From: Planctomycetota bacterium
GTDB lineage: Bacteria > Planctomycetota > UBA1135 > UBA2386
Reading direction: 5' to 3'
DNA: 64,000 nucleotides
Assembly: GCA_965223545.1 (NCBI GenBank)
Contig: OZ245006.1
Location: forward strand, 7,456,001 to 7,520,000
Below the pieces are notes generated by a model. That model was not told the origin of the DNA. It saw only the letters and a program-made list of their open reading frames with translations, and ran no database searches. Of the stretch, positions 20,261-29,821 are shown piece after piece. How positions within the stretch are numbered: position 1 is the first letter of the stretch; each line of letters opens with the position of its first letter. Both the position numbers and the translations under genes were made by a program.

Positions 20261-20376
20261 GGTGGGTGGAAGGATGGCCGCCGAGCGCCGCGACGGCAAT
20301 GCGCGACCGCCGCCGGCTTGCCGGACCGGTCCCCGCCTCCTAGGCTGCCGCGCCGGGCGACCGCGTCCCGCCTCCG

Positions 20377-21369
20377 ATGCTGCCGGACTTTCTCTGCATC
20401 GGTGCCCAAAAGGCGGGCACCACCTGGCTCTACCACAACTTGGCGCAGCATCCCGGGATCTGGATGCCGCCGCTCAAGGAGCTGTTCTACTTCTGCGGCT
20501 TCGACAGCGATGCAGAAGGCGTGCCGCGGCCGGCGTCGCGGTGGCCTCTGGCGCTGCAGGCGCTGGCGCCGCGCAACACCGCGCTGCGTCGCCTGGTGGG
20601 GGACGCGGCGCGCAAGGTGCGGGCGCGCAGGGGCGGCGACGCGGGCGGCGGCGTCGGCGACGGTGTTGCGGCGGCGACCCCGGATGCGCCGGGCGCGACC
20701 GGCGGCGTCAGTGAGGGCGCGCGCGGCGGCGGACTCGGCTGGTGGCTGCGCTACGCGCTGATGCCGCGCACCGACCGCTGGTACGCGCGCTTGTTCGACC
20801 CGGGTCCCGGCCAGATCGCCGGGGACATCACGCCGTACTACGCCAATCTCGAGGCCGACCGGGTCGCTCGCATCGCCGCCCTGCTGCCGCGCGCCAAGGT
20901 GATCTACCTGCTGCGCGATCCGATCGAGCGGGTGTGGTCGGAGGCCAAGATGAACGCCGGCTGGCTCGGCATCGATCTGCAGGACGGCGAGCCCGAGCGC
21001 GTGCGGCGCTACTTCCGCGGCCGGCATGCCGCCCGCCTCACCGACTACCTCACCAACCTGCGCACGTGGCAAGCGCACTACGGCGACGGCGCGTTCTTCG
21101 TCGGCTACTTCGACCAGCTGGCGCGGCAGCCCGCCGCGCTCGCCCGATCGGTGTTCGAGTTCCTCGGCGTCGACGCCAGCGACGCGGTGGTGCCGCCGGA
21201 CGTCGACACGGTGCGCAACGCCGGCCGCCGCGCGCCGATCCCCGAGCAGTGGGCCGCGTTCTTGAGCGAGCTCTTCTTGCCCCGGCTGCGCGCGCTGCAC
21301 GACGCGCTCGGGGCGGAGGAAACCGCGCGCTGGCTCGCCTACGCCGAGGAGCACGCGCCGCGGGACTGA
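20377..21369 (+). CDS. PAPS-dependent sulfotransferase
   Basis: 5'-PSB loop CIGAQKAGTTWL, KELFYF, GDITPYY and the 3'-PB motif LRDPIERVWS. Confidence 0.9.
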   Translation: MLPDFLCIGAQKAGTTWLYHNLAQHPGIWMPPLKELFYFCGFDSDAEGVPRPASRWPLALQALAPRNTALRRLVGDAARKVRARRGGDAGGGVGDGVAAATPDAPGATGGVSEGARGGGLGWWLRYALMPRTDRWYARLFDPGPGQIAGDITPYYANLEADRVARIAALLPRAKVIYLLRDPIERVWSEAKMNAGWLGIDLQDGEPERVRRYFRGRHAARLTDYLTNLRTWQAHYGDGAFFVGYFDQLARQPAALARSVFEFLGVDASDAVVPPDVDTVRNAGRRAPIPEQWAAFLSELFLPRLRALHDALGAEETARWLAYAEEHAPRD

Positions 21370-21390
21370 CGGGCGGAGTCCGGCGCGCGG

Positions 21391-24300
21391 TCAGAACTCG
21401 CACCAGGACTCGACCGCGGCAGCCGAGCCGTCGCGCAGCCAGCCGTCCAGCTGGGCCGGGTCCTTGAGCTGTTGGCCGCGGAAGCGCGGCACCTCCAGGT
21501 AGCGGCAGTCGACGTCGTCCAGCGTCGTCATGTCGCCCCACAGCTTCTCGAACTGACACACCGTGAACACGTCTTCCTGCGCGTGTCCCCAGCGCTTGAC
21601 CACGTCCTTGAGGGTGACGTAGGTCGGCAGCCGCGCCGCCATCGCCCGCACCGCGCGCCGCACGCGCAGCTCGTCGGCGAGCGCCGCCCGGTCGAGGCCG
21701 AACGCCGCCAGCAGCGGGTCGATGGCGATCCAGGTGGTCATCGAGTTGTAGTAGCGCAGGCCGAGCTCGAGCTCGGGCCGGGGCAGCGCGAGCGACTCGA
21801 CCAGGCGGAGGCGGCCGTCGACCCGGGCCAAGCCGCCGCCGCGGTCGTCGACGCAGCGCGGTACCACCTCGAAGGTCAGGGCCCCGCCCGCCGCCAGGTG
21901 CATGCCGAGCAGACCGGGGTCGACCGTTGCGCCGACGGTGTCGATGTTGTGCAGCAGCAGGTGGTCGAGCTGCGGGCGCAGCGCCAACAGCTCGGCCAGC
22001 GTGCCGTTGCGCAGCAAGTTGCCGACCTCGAACCAGTGGCCGACCGGGTGCAGGCACTGGTGCGGCTCGTTGTCGGTGTAGTCGCTGGCCTCGCCGGCCG
22101 CGCGCGCCCAGTCGGCCAGCGCCGCCTGCGCGCTCTCCCGCACCTTCTGCGCCTGCTCGTCGAGCCGCTGCTGCGCCGTCTCCGACCACAGCGCTTCGAG
22201 GTCGGCGACCATCGGCACCATGCGCAGGCCGACCGCGCGGCCGGGGGACAGGCGCAGCGGTGCCGGGTAGTGGTAGTCGCGCTCGGCGTCGAGGTGCGCG
22301 TCGATGGCGTCGTGCGTGAAGCGGCTGGTGGTGAACACGTGCGGCAGGGGCTGGCCGAAGGCGCGCGTCGTGCGCCGGCTCTTGGCCAGGTGCACCTCGA
22401 GAAAGGTGCGGTGGCGCTGGCCGAGGACGGCGAACGGGTGCAGCGCCTTGACCACGCCGGAGCCGCCGCTCCAGCGGCTGCCCACGCCGGCGGCCAGCGT
22501 GACGACGGCGACCCGCCCCTGCGCCAGCGCCTCGCTGCCGCGCTCGAGGACCTCGGCGGGCTGCGGCTCGGTGCCGTCGAGGACGTCTGCGTGGCCGACG
22601 TCCTCGATGGTCGTGTCGGGCGGCAGCCGGTTCTGCCGCAGGCCGATGGCGCCGCTGCGCAGCGCGGCGCGCACCTGCTCGTGCAGGGCCAAGTCGAAGC
22701 CGGCGGCGGTGAGCTGGGCGTCGAGGGAGCGCGGCGCGGCTTCCGCCGGCGGTGGCGCGGTGCGGGCCTCGGCCGCGGCCTCCGGCGCCTCGAGCCGCGC
22801 CACGGTCCCGGTGTCGCTGAGCGCGAAGTCGTAGACCACCGGGTCCATGGCAAACGGCATGGCGCTCACGAGCCGGTCTTTTTCCGTCTGCAACAACGAC
22901 GGCAGGGCGTCGAGCGCGCGCGCCCGCGCCGCCGGGGCGAACCAGAGCCCCATGCCGCCGCCGGACATGCCGCCCAGCATGCAGAAGCCCCAGAAGTCGT
23001 CGCCGAAGCGCTCCTGCACGGCGGCGCGCAGCCGCGCGGTGTAGAGGTTGTCGGCGGCCGGGATGATGCCGCGGATCGGCCCGTCGAAGTTGTCGGTGGT
23101 CGCCGCCGCCAGCGGGCGCACCGCCCCGTTCGCCAGGTGGCGGTGGATGTCGTCGAACAGCGCGACCGCGCGCTGCCGGCAGCGCCACTCGTACGCGCTG
23201 CGCAGCAGGTACTTCTCGGTCACCATCTCGAGCACCGGCCCGACGTTCTGCGCGAGCCCGCCGTGGATCAGCACCAGGCTTCTGCGCACCGCGTCGAGCG
23301 CGCCCGGCGCCAGGCTGTCGTCGAGCAGCGTGTGCGCCGGCAGCAGCCGGCCCCGGCTGATGCCGTCCTCGGGGTCGCCGGCGCCGGCGAGGACGCCGCT
23401 GATGCGCTTGGCGCCGGGCCAGATGCCACCCGAGTCCTGCCAGCCGCCGCCCGAGCCGCCCAGCCACTCGCCGAGAATCGCGCGCGCCGCGACGACGCGG
23501 CGCTCGGCCTCGGTGAGACCGCCGGTGAGCGACGCGGTCTGTTGGGTGGCGCGCATCAGGACGGCGATCAACGAAGCCAGCAGGTTGGTGGAGACCGCCA
23601 GCCGCGAGCCCTTGGGAATGCCGCGCACGTGACTGCGCACCTCGAGGCCGTTGCCGGGGCCGCAGATCGCGCCGAGCAGGGCGCCGAGGTCGGCACCGCT
23701 GCCCTCGAGCGAGGGCGGCACGACGCCTGCCGAGATCACCGCGGCGCGCAGCAGGCCGAGGTGGTCGCGGGCGAAGTCGAACACTCCAGCCAGCGCGTGG
23801 ATCTCGGTGTCGGCGCCGAGGTCGTCGCTCGCCAGCCGGAGCACGGGCCGCGGCAGGATGCGAACCGACGCCGCGATGGGGGGGCGCGGTGCGGTGTCGC
23901 GGCCGCGCACCGCGAGGTCGATCGACAGGTTGAGGACGCGCGCGCCCTCGGGGTAGTCCATGCCGAGGAAGAAGATGTCGCTCCACGCACTGTGCGACAG
24001 GTCTAGCCGGACGGCGGTGTGCTCGGTCAGCCACGGCCCCGGCGCATCGGCGCGCGGTGCCAGCTCGGCCGCCGCGCGCAGGGGTTGGGCTTCTGCGTCG
24101 TGGATCTCGAACATCCAGGCGTTGCCCTCGGCCAGCCGCACGCTGCGCCGCACCTGGTCGGCCAGCGTCTGGAACGCGTGGCCGCGGTAGGCGGCGGCGA
24201 GCGCACTCGACACCGCCTCGTTGGGGCCTTGCCGCTCGGCGGCGGCGAGCAGGGCGTCGATGGCCTCGGTGAACCGGCGCTCGAGCAGCGCCGCGAAGCC

Positions 24301-24549
24301 GTCTTGCGGGATGTGGCCGCAGGCCGGCAGGCCGGGCCGGCGCGGCAGCTCGAAGCGATGGATGGCGGCGAGGAACAGCAGCGCGCGCACGCGCTGGTAC
24401 AGGTTGTCGGTCTGCCGCCAGAAGCGGTCCAGCTGCGCCGCCTCGCGCAGCAGGTCGGGCGCGCCGTGCTGCTCGACAGCGGTGGCCAGCGGGGTGTGGC
24501 GGACGCTGTCGTCGGCGGCGCACAGGATGTCGATCAACGAGGCGGGCAT
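21391..24549 (-). CDS. Fusion of a GHMP-kinase-like domain and a UTP:sugar-1-phosphate uridylyltransferase (UDPGP/UAP family)
   Basis: N-terminal half: VRLDL...WSD, IPKGSRLAVSTNL, GGSGGGWQD and LGGMSGGG. C-terminal half: VTLAAGVGSRW...VK, HPVGHW, NIDT and DRGGGL. Confidence 0.8.
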   Translation of the reverse strand: MPASLIDILCAADDSVRHTPLATAVEQHGAPDLLREAAQLDRFWRQTDNLYQRVRALLFLAAIHRFELPRRPGLPACGHIPQDGFAALLERRFTEAIDALLAAAERQGPNEAVSSALAAAYRGHAFQTLADQVRRSVRLAEGNAWMFEIHDAEAQPLRAAAELAPRADAPGPWLTEHTAVRLDLSHSAWSDIFFLGMDYPEGARVLNLSIDLAVRGRDTAPRPPIAASVRILPRPVLRLASDDLGADTEIHALAGVFDFARDHLGLLRAAVISAGVVPPSLEGSGADLGALLGAICGPGNGLEVRSHVRGIPKGSRLAVSTNLLASLIAVLMRATQQTASLTGGLTEAERRVVAARAILGEWLGGSGGGWQDSGGIWPGAKRISGVLAGAGDPEDGISRGRLLPAHTLLDDSLAPGALDAVRRSLVLIHGGLAQNVGPVLEMVTEKYLLRSAYEWRCRQRAVALFDDIHRHLANGAVRPLAAATTDNFDGPIRGIIPAADNLYTARLRAAVQERFGDDFWGFCMLGGMSGGGMGLWFAPAARARALDALPSLLQTEKDRLVSAMPFAMDPVVYDFALSDTGTVARLEAPEAAAEARTAPPPAEAAPRSLDAQLTAAGFDLALHEQVRAALRSGAIGLRQNRLPPDTTIEDVGHADVLDGTEPQPAEVLERGSEALAQGRVAVVTLAAGVGSRWSGGSGVVKALHPFAVLGQRHRTFLEVHLAKSRRTTRAFGQPLPHVFTTSRFTHDAIDAHLDAERDYHYPAPLRLSPGRAVGLRMVPMVADLEALWSETAQQRLDEQAQKVRESAQAALADWARAAGEASDYTDNEPHQCLHPVGHWFEVGNLLRNGTLAELLALRPQLDHLLLHNIDTVGATVDPGLLGMHLAAGGALTFEVVPRCVDDRGGGLARVDGRLRLVESLALPRPELELGLRYYNSMTTWIAIDPLLAAFGLDRAALADELRVRRAVRAMAARLPTYVTLKDVVKRWGHAQEDVFTVCQFEKLWGDMTTLDDVDCRYLEVPRFRGQQLKDPAQLDGWLRDGSAAAVESWCEF

Positions 24550-24711
24550 CGGCCGCAGGGATCTTCGAGGCCGGCGGCGGGCATGCAAGGATGTCGCCCC
24601 TGGGGCTCTCGGCCGCCGCCATCACTTCCGGTGGGGCGCACGCGGTCGGGATGCTGCCGCCGCCACCGGCGGTTCGGCATTCTGCCCGGCGCCGCAGAAA
24701 ACTCGTTCCGG

Positions 24712-24828
24712 GGGCTGGACGGCACCCCCCTTCATCCGGCACACTGATGAGTGGAGCGGGCGACTGCGCCCGGTTTCCAAAGGTGTGTGGGGCCGGCGAG
24801 GGTCGAAAGACCCTCGCCAGTCCTTTTT
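24712..24828 (+). ncRNA. Candidate structured cis-regulatory RNA or sRNA (unassigned)
   Basis: Nested complementary segments ending in a GAAA-loop hairpin and a T-run. See findings. Confidence 0.35.
24795..24828 (+). terminator. Intrinsic terminator-like hairpin
   Basis: GGCGAGGGTC-GAAA-GACCCTCGCC, a perfect 10-bp stem, followed by AGTCCTTTTT. Confidence 0.6.
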
Positions 24829-24966
24829 AACGCCCGCTGTTTTGACGCCCGCGTCGACGTCGATGTTCCGTTGCCCGGGCTCCGGGTGTCCCTCGTCCCC
24901 CCGCACCATGCGCCTCGCCGATCCCCGTGCCGGTTCCGCCGGCGCCGCTTCAACCGGCGGTGGTCG

Positions 24967-26085
24967 ATGGTCGAAGTCCCCCGGGTGGCCGAACCGTTGA
25001 GCCAGGACGTTCTCGCAGCGGCGCGCCGGGTCGCGGCCGGCTTCGCCATCGAGGGGGCGCTGCACGAGCTGCACTCCCACCAGCGCGGCCACATCCACGA
25101 CACCTTCGTGTCGACCTGGCAGCAGCCGGGCGGACCGCGGCGCTACCTGCACCAGCGGCTCAACGGCCACGTTTTCCACGACATCACGGGCTTGATGCAC
25201 AACATCGAGCGCGTCACCACGCACCTCGCGGGTACCGAGAGCGAGGGGCTGCACACCCTCGAGCTGGTGCGGGCGCGCGACGGCCAGAGCCACCTGCGCG
25301 CCGAGGGCGCGGCATGGCGCACCTACCACTACGTCGACGGCACCGAGTCGTTCGACCAGTGCGACAGCCCCGAGCGCGCGTTCGAGGCGGCGCGCGCGTT
25401 CGGCGATTTCCAGGCTCGGCTGTGCGCTCTGCCGCCGACCGAGCTGGTGGAGACGATCCCCGACTTCTTCTCGGCGCCAGCCCGGCTGCAGCAGCTCGAT
25501 GCGGCGGTCGCGCACGACGCGGTCGGGCGCGTCGCCGGCGCACAGCCCGAGCTCGCCTTCGTCGATGCGCGGCGCCGTGGCGTCGGCCGCATCGAGGCGA
25601 TGCTCGACGATGGCACGATGCCGCGGCGGATCGTGCACGGCGACACCAAGCTCAACAACGTGCTGTTCGACGTGCGCAGCGGCCGCGCGTTGTGCATCGT
25701 CGACCTCGACACCTGCATGCCGGCTTACTCGCTCTACGACTTCGGCGATCTGGTGCGCTTCACCGCGGCGACCAGCGCCGAGGACGCCGTCGACCTGGCG
25801 GACGCGGGCGTCGACCTGGAGCTCTACCGCGCGCTGGTCGACGGCTACCTGCAGACCGCCGCCTGCTTTCTGACGCCGGAAGAAGTGCGGCTGATGCCGT
25901 TTGCCGCGCGATTGGTCACGCTGACGATCGGTCTGCGCTTTCTCGCCGACCACCTCGCGGGCGACGTCTACTTCAAAGTGGCGCGCGAAGGCCACAACCT
26001 CGACCGCGCCCGCGTGCAGCTGCGCATGGTGGAGCAGATGGAGCGGCGCGAGGGCGACATGGTGGCCGCGGTCCGCGCGCGCTGA
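24967..26085 (+). CDS. APH-family phosphotransferase, N-acetylhexosamine 1-kinase (NahK)-like
   Basis: GHIHDTF, YLHQRLN..VF.D...LMHNI, HGDTKLNNVLF, IVDLDTCM, YDFGD and RFLADHL.GD.YFK. Confidence 0.85.
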   Translation: MVEVPRVAEPLSQDVLAAARRVAAGFAIEGALHELHSHQRGHIHDTFVSTWQQPGGPRRYLHQRLNGHVFHDITGLMHNIERVTTHLAGTESEGLHTLELVRARDGQSHLRAEGAAWRTYHYVDGTESFDQCDSPERAFEAARAFGDFQARLCALPPTELVETIPDFFSAPARLQQLDAAVAHDAVGRVAGAQPELAFVDARRRGVGRIEAMLDDGTMPRRIVHGDTKLNNVLFDVRSGRALCIVDLDTCMPAYSLYDFGDLVRFTAATSAEDAVDLADAGVDLELYRALVDGYLQTAACFLTPEEVRLMPFAARLVTLTIGLRFLADHLAGDVYFKVAREGHNLDRARVQLRMVEQMERREGDMVAAVRAR

Positions 26086-26109
26086 ACAGCGTCGGGCGGG
26101 GCGCCGGAG

Positions 26110-27018
26110 TCAGTGTCCCTGTAGAAACCGCCGGATTGCGGTCGCAGACACCGTTGGCTGCTCGGTGCAGAGCTGGTGCGTGGCATTGGGGACAACGATG
26201 CGCTCGACCTGCCGCAGGCTGCGTTCGAGTTCCGGATCGACGAGCTGCGCGATGGGATAGGTGTCGGCTCCGCTGAGCAGCAGCACCGGTAGCTCGAGCG
26301 CCGCCAGCTGCGAGCGGAGCACCGGCGGAAAGGCGTCCCTGGAGAGCAGGAGCGCACGCCACTCCGGGAAGTTCGCGCGCAGCTGCTGCTGGGCCGCGGG
26401 CGGCAATGTGTCGAGGCCGCCGGGGCCGGCGAAGAAGTCCATCGTGATGCGCAGGGCCTCGTCGTCGTCACCGGCGGCTGCCGCCGCTGCGGCCGGGGCC
26501 CAGGTTCCACTGTGGAACGCCGCGAACACCTCGTCGCCGCCGGGCAGATCGGGGAGCCAGCGCAGCAGCGGTGGTTCGACGAGGATCAGGCTGCGCACGC
26601 GTTCGGGGTGACGCACCGCGAGTAGGAGGGCGGTGTAGGCACCGTAGGATGCACCGGCGACGTGGGCGGAGCCGAGTCCCAACGCGTCGATCAAGGCGGC
26701 GAGGTCGTCTGCTTCGATTGCGGCGGAGTGGCCGTGGCCCCGCGCGCTGTCGGTGTTCTCGTTGGGGTGGTTGTAGCGACGGCTGTAGCGGACGGTGCGG
26801 TAGTCGGCGGCGAGTTGCGCGGCGACGGGTTCCCACTCCCGCAGATCGGCAAGGCTGCCGTGTACGAAGACGAGCGGCTCCCCCTCACCTCCCGAATCGA
26901 CGTAGTGGATCTCGACGCCGCGGACGGTCGCGCTGCGGAGGTCGGTCTTGACGGCTGTGGTCACGCCGCAGCCGACGATCACGAGCGCGGCGACGGACGT
27001 GGCGATGCGGATCGACAT
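26110..27018 (-). CDS. Alpha/beta hydrolase, probable lipoprotein
   Basis: FVHGS, nucleophile elbow GASYG and a C-terminal His. Leader ends IVGC. Confidence 0.88.
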   Translation of the reverse strand: MSIRIATSVAALVIVGCGVTTAVKTDLRSATVRGVEIHYVDSGGEGEPLVFVHGSLADLREWEPVAAQLAADYRTVRYSRRYNHPNENTDSARGHGHSAAIEADDLAALIDALGLGSAHVAGASYGAYTALLLAVRHPERVRSLILVEPPLLRWLPDLPGGDEVFAAFHSGTWAPAAAAAAAGDDDEALRITMDFFAGPGGLDTLPPAAQQQLRANFPEWRALLLSRDAFPPVLRSQLAALELPVLLLSGADTYPIAQLVDPELERSLRQVERIVVPNATHQLCTEQPTVSATAIRRFLQGH

Positions 27019-27103
27019 GGCGTTTGGGGTCAGTCTCCGGCGGCATCGATGCCGATTCAACCGACGCCCTCAGGGGGGGCTGCGGTGCGTTATCATCGGG
27101 CCT

Positions 27104-29638
27104 ATGGCTACGAGAAGGAGTCGTCTCTCTCTGTCCGGTGGCCTCGCGGTAGTCGCCCTCTGGGCGTCGCTCCCCGCGCAGGCCCCGTACGCTGAGCTCA
27201 CCACCCGCGCGATCCCCTCGGGTCCGCCGACCGCCGGCCCCGGCGCGATGGCGGACGTCGACGGCGATGGCGATCCGGACCTGCTGATCCCGTCCGCCAG
27301 TGGCCAGGATCGGCTGTTCCTCAACGACGGGGACGGGGTCTTCCGCGACGTGACGAGTACCAACCTGCCGGCGGACGTGCGCTGGACCCACAGCGTCACC
27401 TTCGCCGACGTCGACGGTGACGGCGACGCCGATCTGGTGAAGGCCGGCAACTCCGGCTTCACCACGCTCGGCGAGCAGAACCAGCTGCTGCTCAACAACG
27501 GCGCTGGCGTGTTCGCCGACGTCACCGCGACCCACATGCCGGTCGACCAGGACAAGACCACCGAGATCGCGGCGCTCGACGCCGACGGCGACGGCTTCGC
27601 GGACCTGATCTGTGCCAACGCGGACTTCGGCGGAGCCAGCGTGGCGCAAAACCGCTTGTACTTGAACGATGGCACTGGCCGGTTCACGGACGCTACCGCG
27701 ACGCATCTTCCCGCGTTGCCCGGCAAGAGCGTCGCCGTCGAGGTCGCCGATCTCGACGGAGACGGCGACGATGACTTCGTCACCGGGATGTTCCTCGGTC
27801 AGGAGTCGTTTCGGGTGCACCTCAACGACGGCACCGGGCGCTTCGTGTTGGCCTCGGGTGTGCTGCCGCCCTTGAGTGGCAGCGCGTGGGGGACCCAGCT
27901 CTTCGATCTCGAAGGCGATGGCGATGTCGACATCGTGGCGCTGGTCGGTCAGCGGTTCAGTGTGCTGGTCAACGACGGGAGCGCGCGGTTCAGCGATCAA
28001 ACCGCCCAGCGCGCGCCGGTCGGCTACGGCGTTCCCCACGCCGCTGGTGACTTCGACGGGGATGGCGATGTCGACTTCCCGCTGGCCCAGGCGAGCGGCA
28101 CGGTGCGGATGCTGGAGAACGACGGCGGTGGCTTCTTCGCGCTGGCCGCGACCATCCCGGCCGCTGGCGAAGTCGCTGCCGACGTCGACGCCGATGGTGA
28201 TGTCGACCTGGTGTTGACGCGCGCGTTCGACGTGCTCTTGAACGACGGTACCGGCAGCTTCTTCGATCGTCCGGCCGCCGAGCGCCGCGCCCCCGACTTC
28301 AACGGGCGTCCGGGGAAGGCCGCGTTCGCCGACGTGGATCGCGACGGCGACCTGGACGTCTTCGTCCCGAGCTCGTTCTCCGGTTCCGATCGCCTGTGGC
28401 TCAACGACGGCCGTGGCGTCTTCACCGACGCGCCGTTGCCCGCCGGCACCGGCAGCTCGGAAGTGGTCGTGTTCGGCGACGTGGATCGCGATGGCGACCA
28501 GGACGCGGTGGTCGGCGTTTCGAGCGGCGGCTCCTCGCGCCTCCTGCTCGGCAACGGTGCTGGCGGTTTCACTGACGCGTCCGCCACGCACCTGCCGATC
28601 GGCGGCGCGCCGACGCTCGACCTGGCGTTGGCCGACGTGGATGCCGACGGCGATCTCGATCTGCTGCAGGGCAACTACTCGGTCTCGAGGTTGTTGCTGA
28701 ACGATGGCGCCGGCCGCTTCGCGCCTGCGCCGACCGCGAGCTTCCCGCAGTCGCTCTTGCGCACGCGTGGAGTCGCGGTCGCCGACGTCGACGGCGACGG
28801 CGATGCCGACGCGATCCTCGCCAACTATGGCAATCCGGCGGCGCTCTATCTCAACAACGGCGTTGGCGCGTTCCGCGACGTGTCGGCGACCCGGATGCCG
28901 AGCAACCCCATCCTGGCGTTCGATGTCGCTGCCGGTGACTACGACGGTGATGGCGACGTCGACCTCGCGTTCGTCGGCTTCGGTGACGCGCAGCTGTTCC
29001 TCAACGACGGCAGCGGCGCGTTCGTCGACGCGAGTGCCGGTCGGCTTCCCGTGGCGGTGACCGGCGAGCACCTGCACGCCTTCGACCGCGATGGCGACGG
29101 CGATCTCGATCTCGTCGCGGGCGGGCTGAACGGCACCCACGTTCTCGACAACGACGGACAGGGTCGGTTCATCGACTTGCTGACGTTCGCGTCCCGGTCG
29201 TTCCCGGTGGCAGCCGGCGATGTCGATGCCGATGGGGACGCCGACCTGATCCTGATCGCCCAGAGCGGCCCCTCGGGGGTGGCCACCAATCAGCGCCGTC
29301 AGCTGCACTTCGCGCGCCTCGTGCGCCCCGGCCGCAACGCGCGGATCGACGTGCACACGGTCGGGCGTCCGATGGGCAACGACTTCGCTGTCCCGGCGCT
29401 GTCGCCGCGCGCTGGCCGCGTGCCGCTCGCCGGCATCGGTGTGTTCGGCCTGGAGCCCGCGACGATGTTGTTGGCACCGCCGATCCCCCTGCTGCCGACT
29501 GCAGCGGTGGGCTCGCTGGTGCTGCCGGTGCCCAACAACTCGGCGCTGGTGGGAGCCGACGTCTTTGCGCAGGCACTATTGGTGGAAGGGCTGAGCGCGC
29601 AGCTGACCAACACGCAGCGCGAGCAGGTGATTCAGTAG
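27104..29638 (+). CDS. Secreted FG-GAP/VCBS repeat protein with conserved C-terminal domain
   Basis: Signal peptide ending LPA-Q, more than ten D(V)DGDGD.DL...L.LNDG.G.F repeats, and a C-terminal PVP...LVG-x5-Q motif. Confidence 0.92.
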   Translation: MATRRSRLSLSGGLAVVALWASLPAQAPYAELTTRAIPSGPPTAGPGAMADVDGDGDPDLLIPSASGQDRLFLNDGDGVFRDVTSTNLPADVRWTHSVTFADVDGDGDADLVKAGNSGFTTLGEQNQLLLNNGAGVFADVTATHMPVDQDKTTEIAALDADGDGFADLICANADFGGASVAQNRLYLNDGTGRFTDATATHLPALPGKSVAVEVADLDGDGDDDFVTGMFLGQESFRVHLNDGTGRFVLASGVLPPLSGSAWGTQLFDLEGDGDVDIVALVGQRFSVLVNDGSARFSDQTAQRAPVGYGVPHAAGDFDGDGDVDFPLAQASGTVRMLENDGGGFFALAATIPAAGEVAADVDADGDVDLVLTRAFDVLLNDGTGSFFDRPAAERRAPDFNGRPGKAAFADVDRDGDLDVFVPSSFSGSDRLWLNDGRGVFTDAPLPAGTGSSEVVVFGDVDRDGDQDAVVGVSSGGSSRLLLGNGAGGFTDASATHLPIGGAPTLDLALADVDADGDLDLLQGNYSVSRLLLNDGAGRFAPAPTASFPQSLLRTRGVAVADVDGDGDADAILANYGNPAALYLNNGVGAFRDVSATRMPSNPILAFDVAAGDYDGDGDVDLAFVGFGDAQLFLNDGSGAFVDASAGRLPVAVTGEHLHAFDRDGDGDLDLVAGGLNGTHVLDNDGQGRFIDLLTFASRSFPVAAGDVDADGDADLILIAQSGPSGVATNQRRQLHFARLVRPGRNARIDVHTVGRPMGNDFAVPALSPRAGRVPLAGIGVFGLEPATMLLAPPIPLLPTAAVGSLVLPVPNNSALVGADVFAQALLVEGLSAQLTNTQREQVIQ

Positions 29639-29821
29639 CCGGCGTCCGGGGTGGAGTTCGCCGACGCGCGCCGCGCCCTAGTGGGTGTGAATCGGAAATC
29701 TGCGGCATTCTCCGAGGCCATGGGCTTCCATCGGTCCACGAACGGCCATCGCGGGGAGGCGGCCGCCCGACTCGCTTCGGAGGCGGCGTAACGCGCGCAG
29801 TGGAGTTTCGACTACAGGCTC

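Noticed and set aside
24740..24810. Hammerhead ribozyme (CTGATGAG core)
   Set aside because: The required GAAA does not follow stem II (it reads AAG), and the later GAAA is a hairpin loop.
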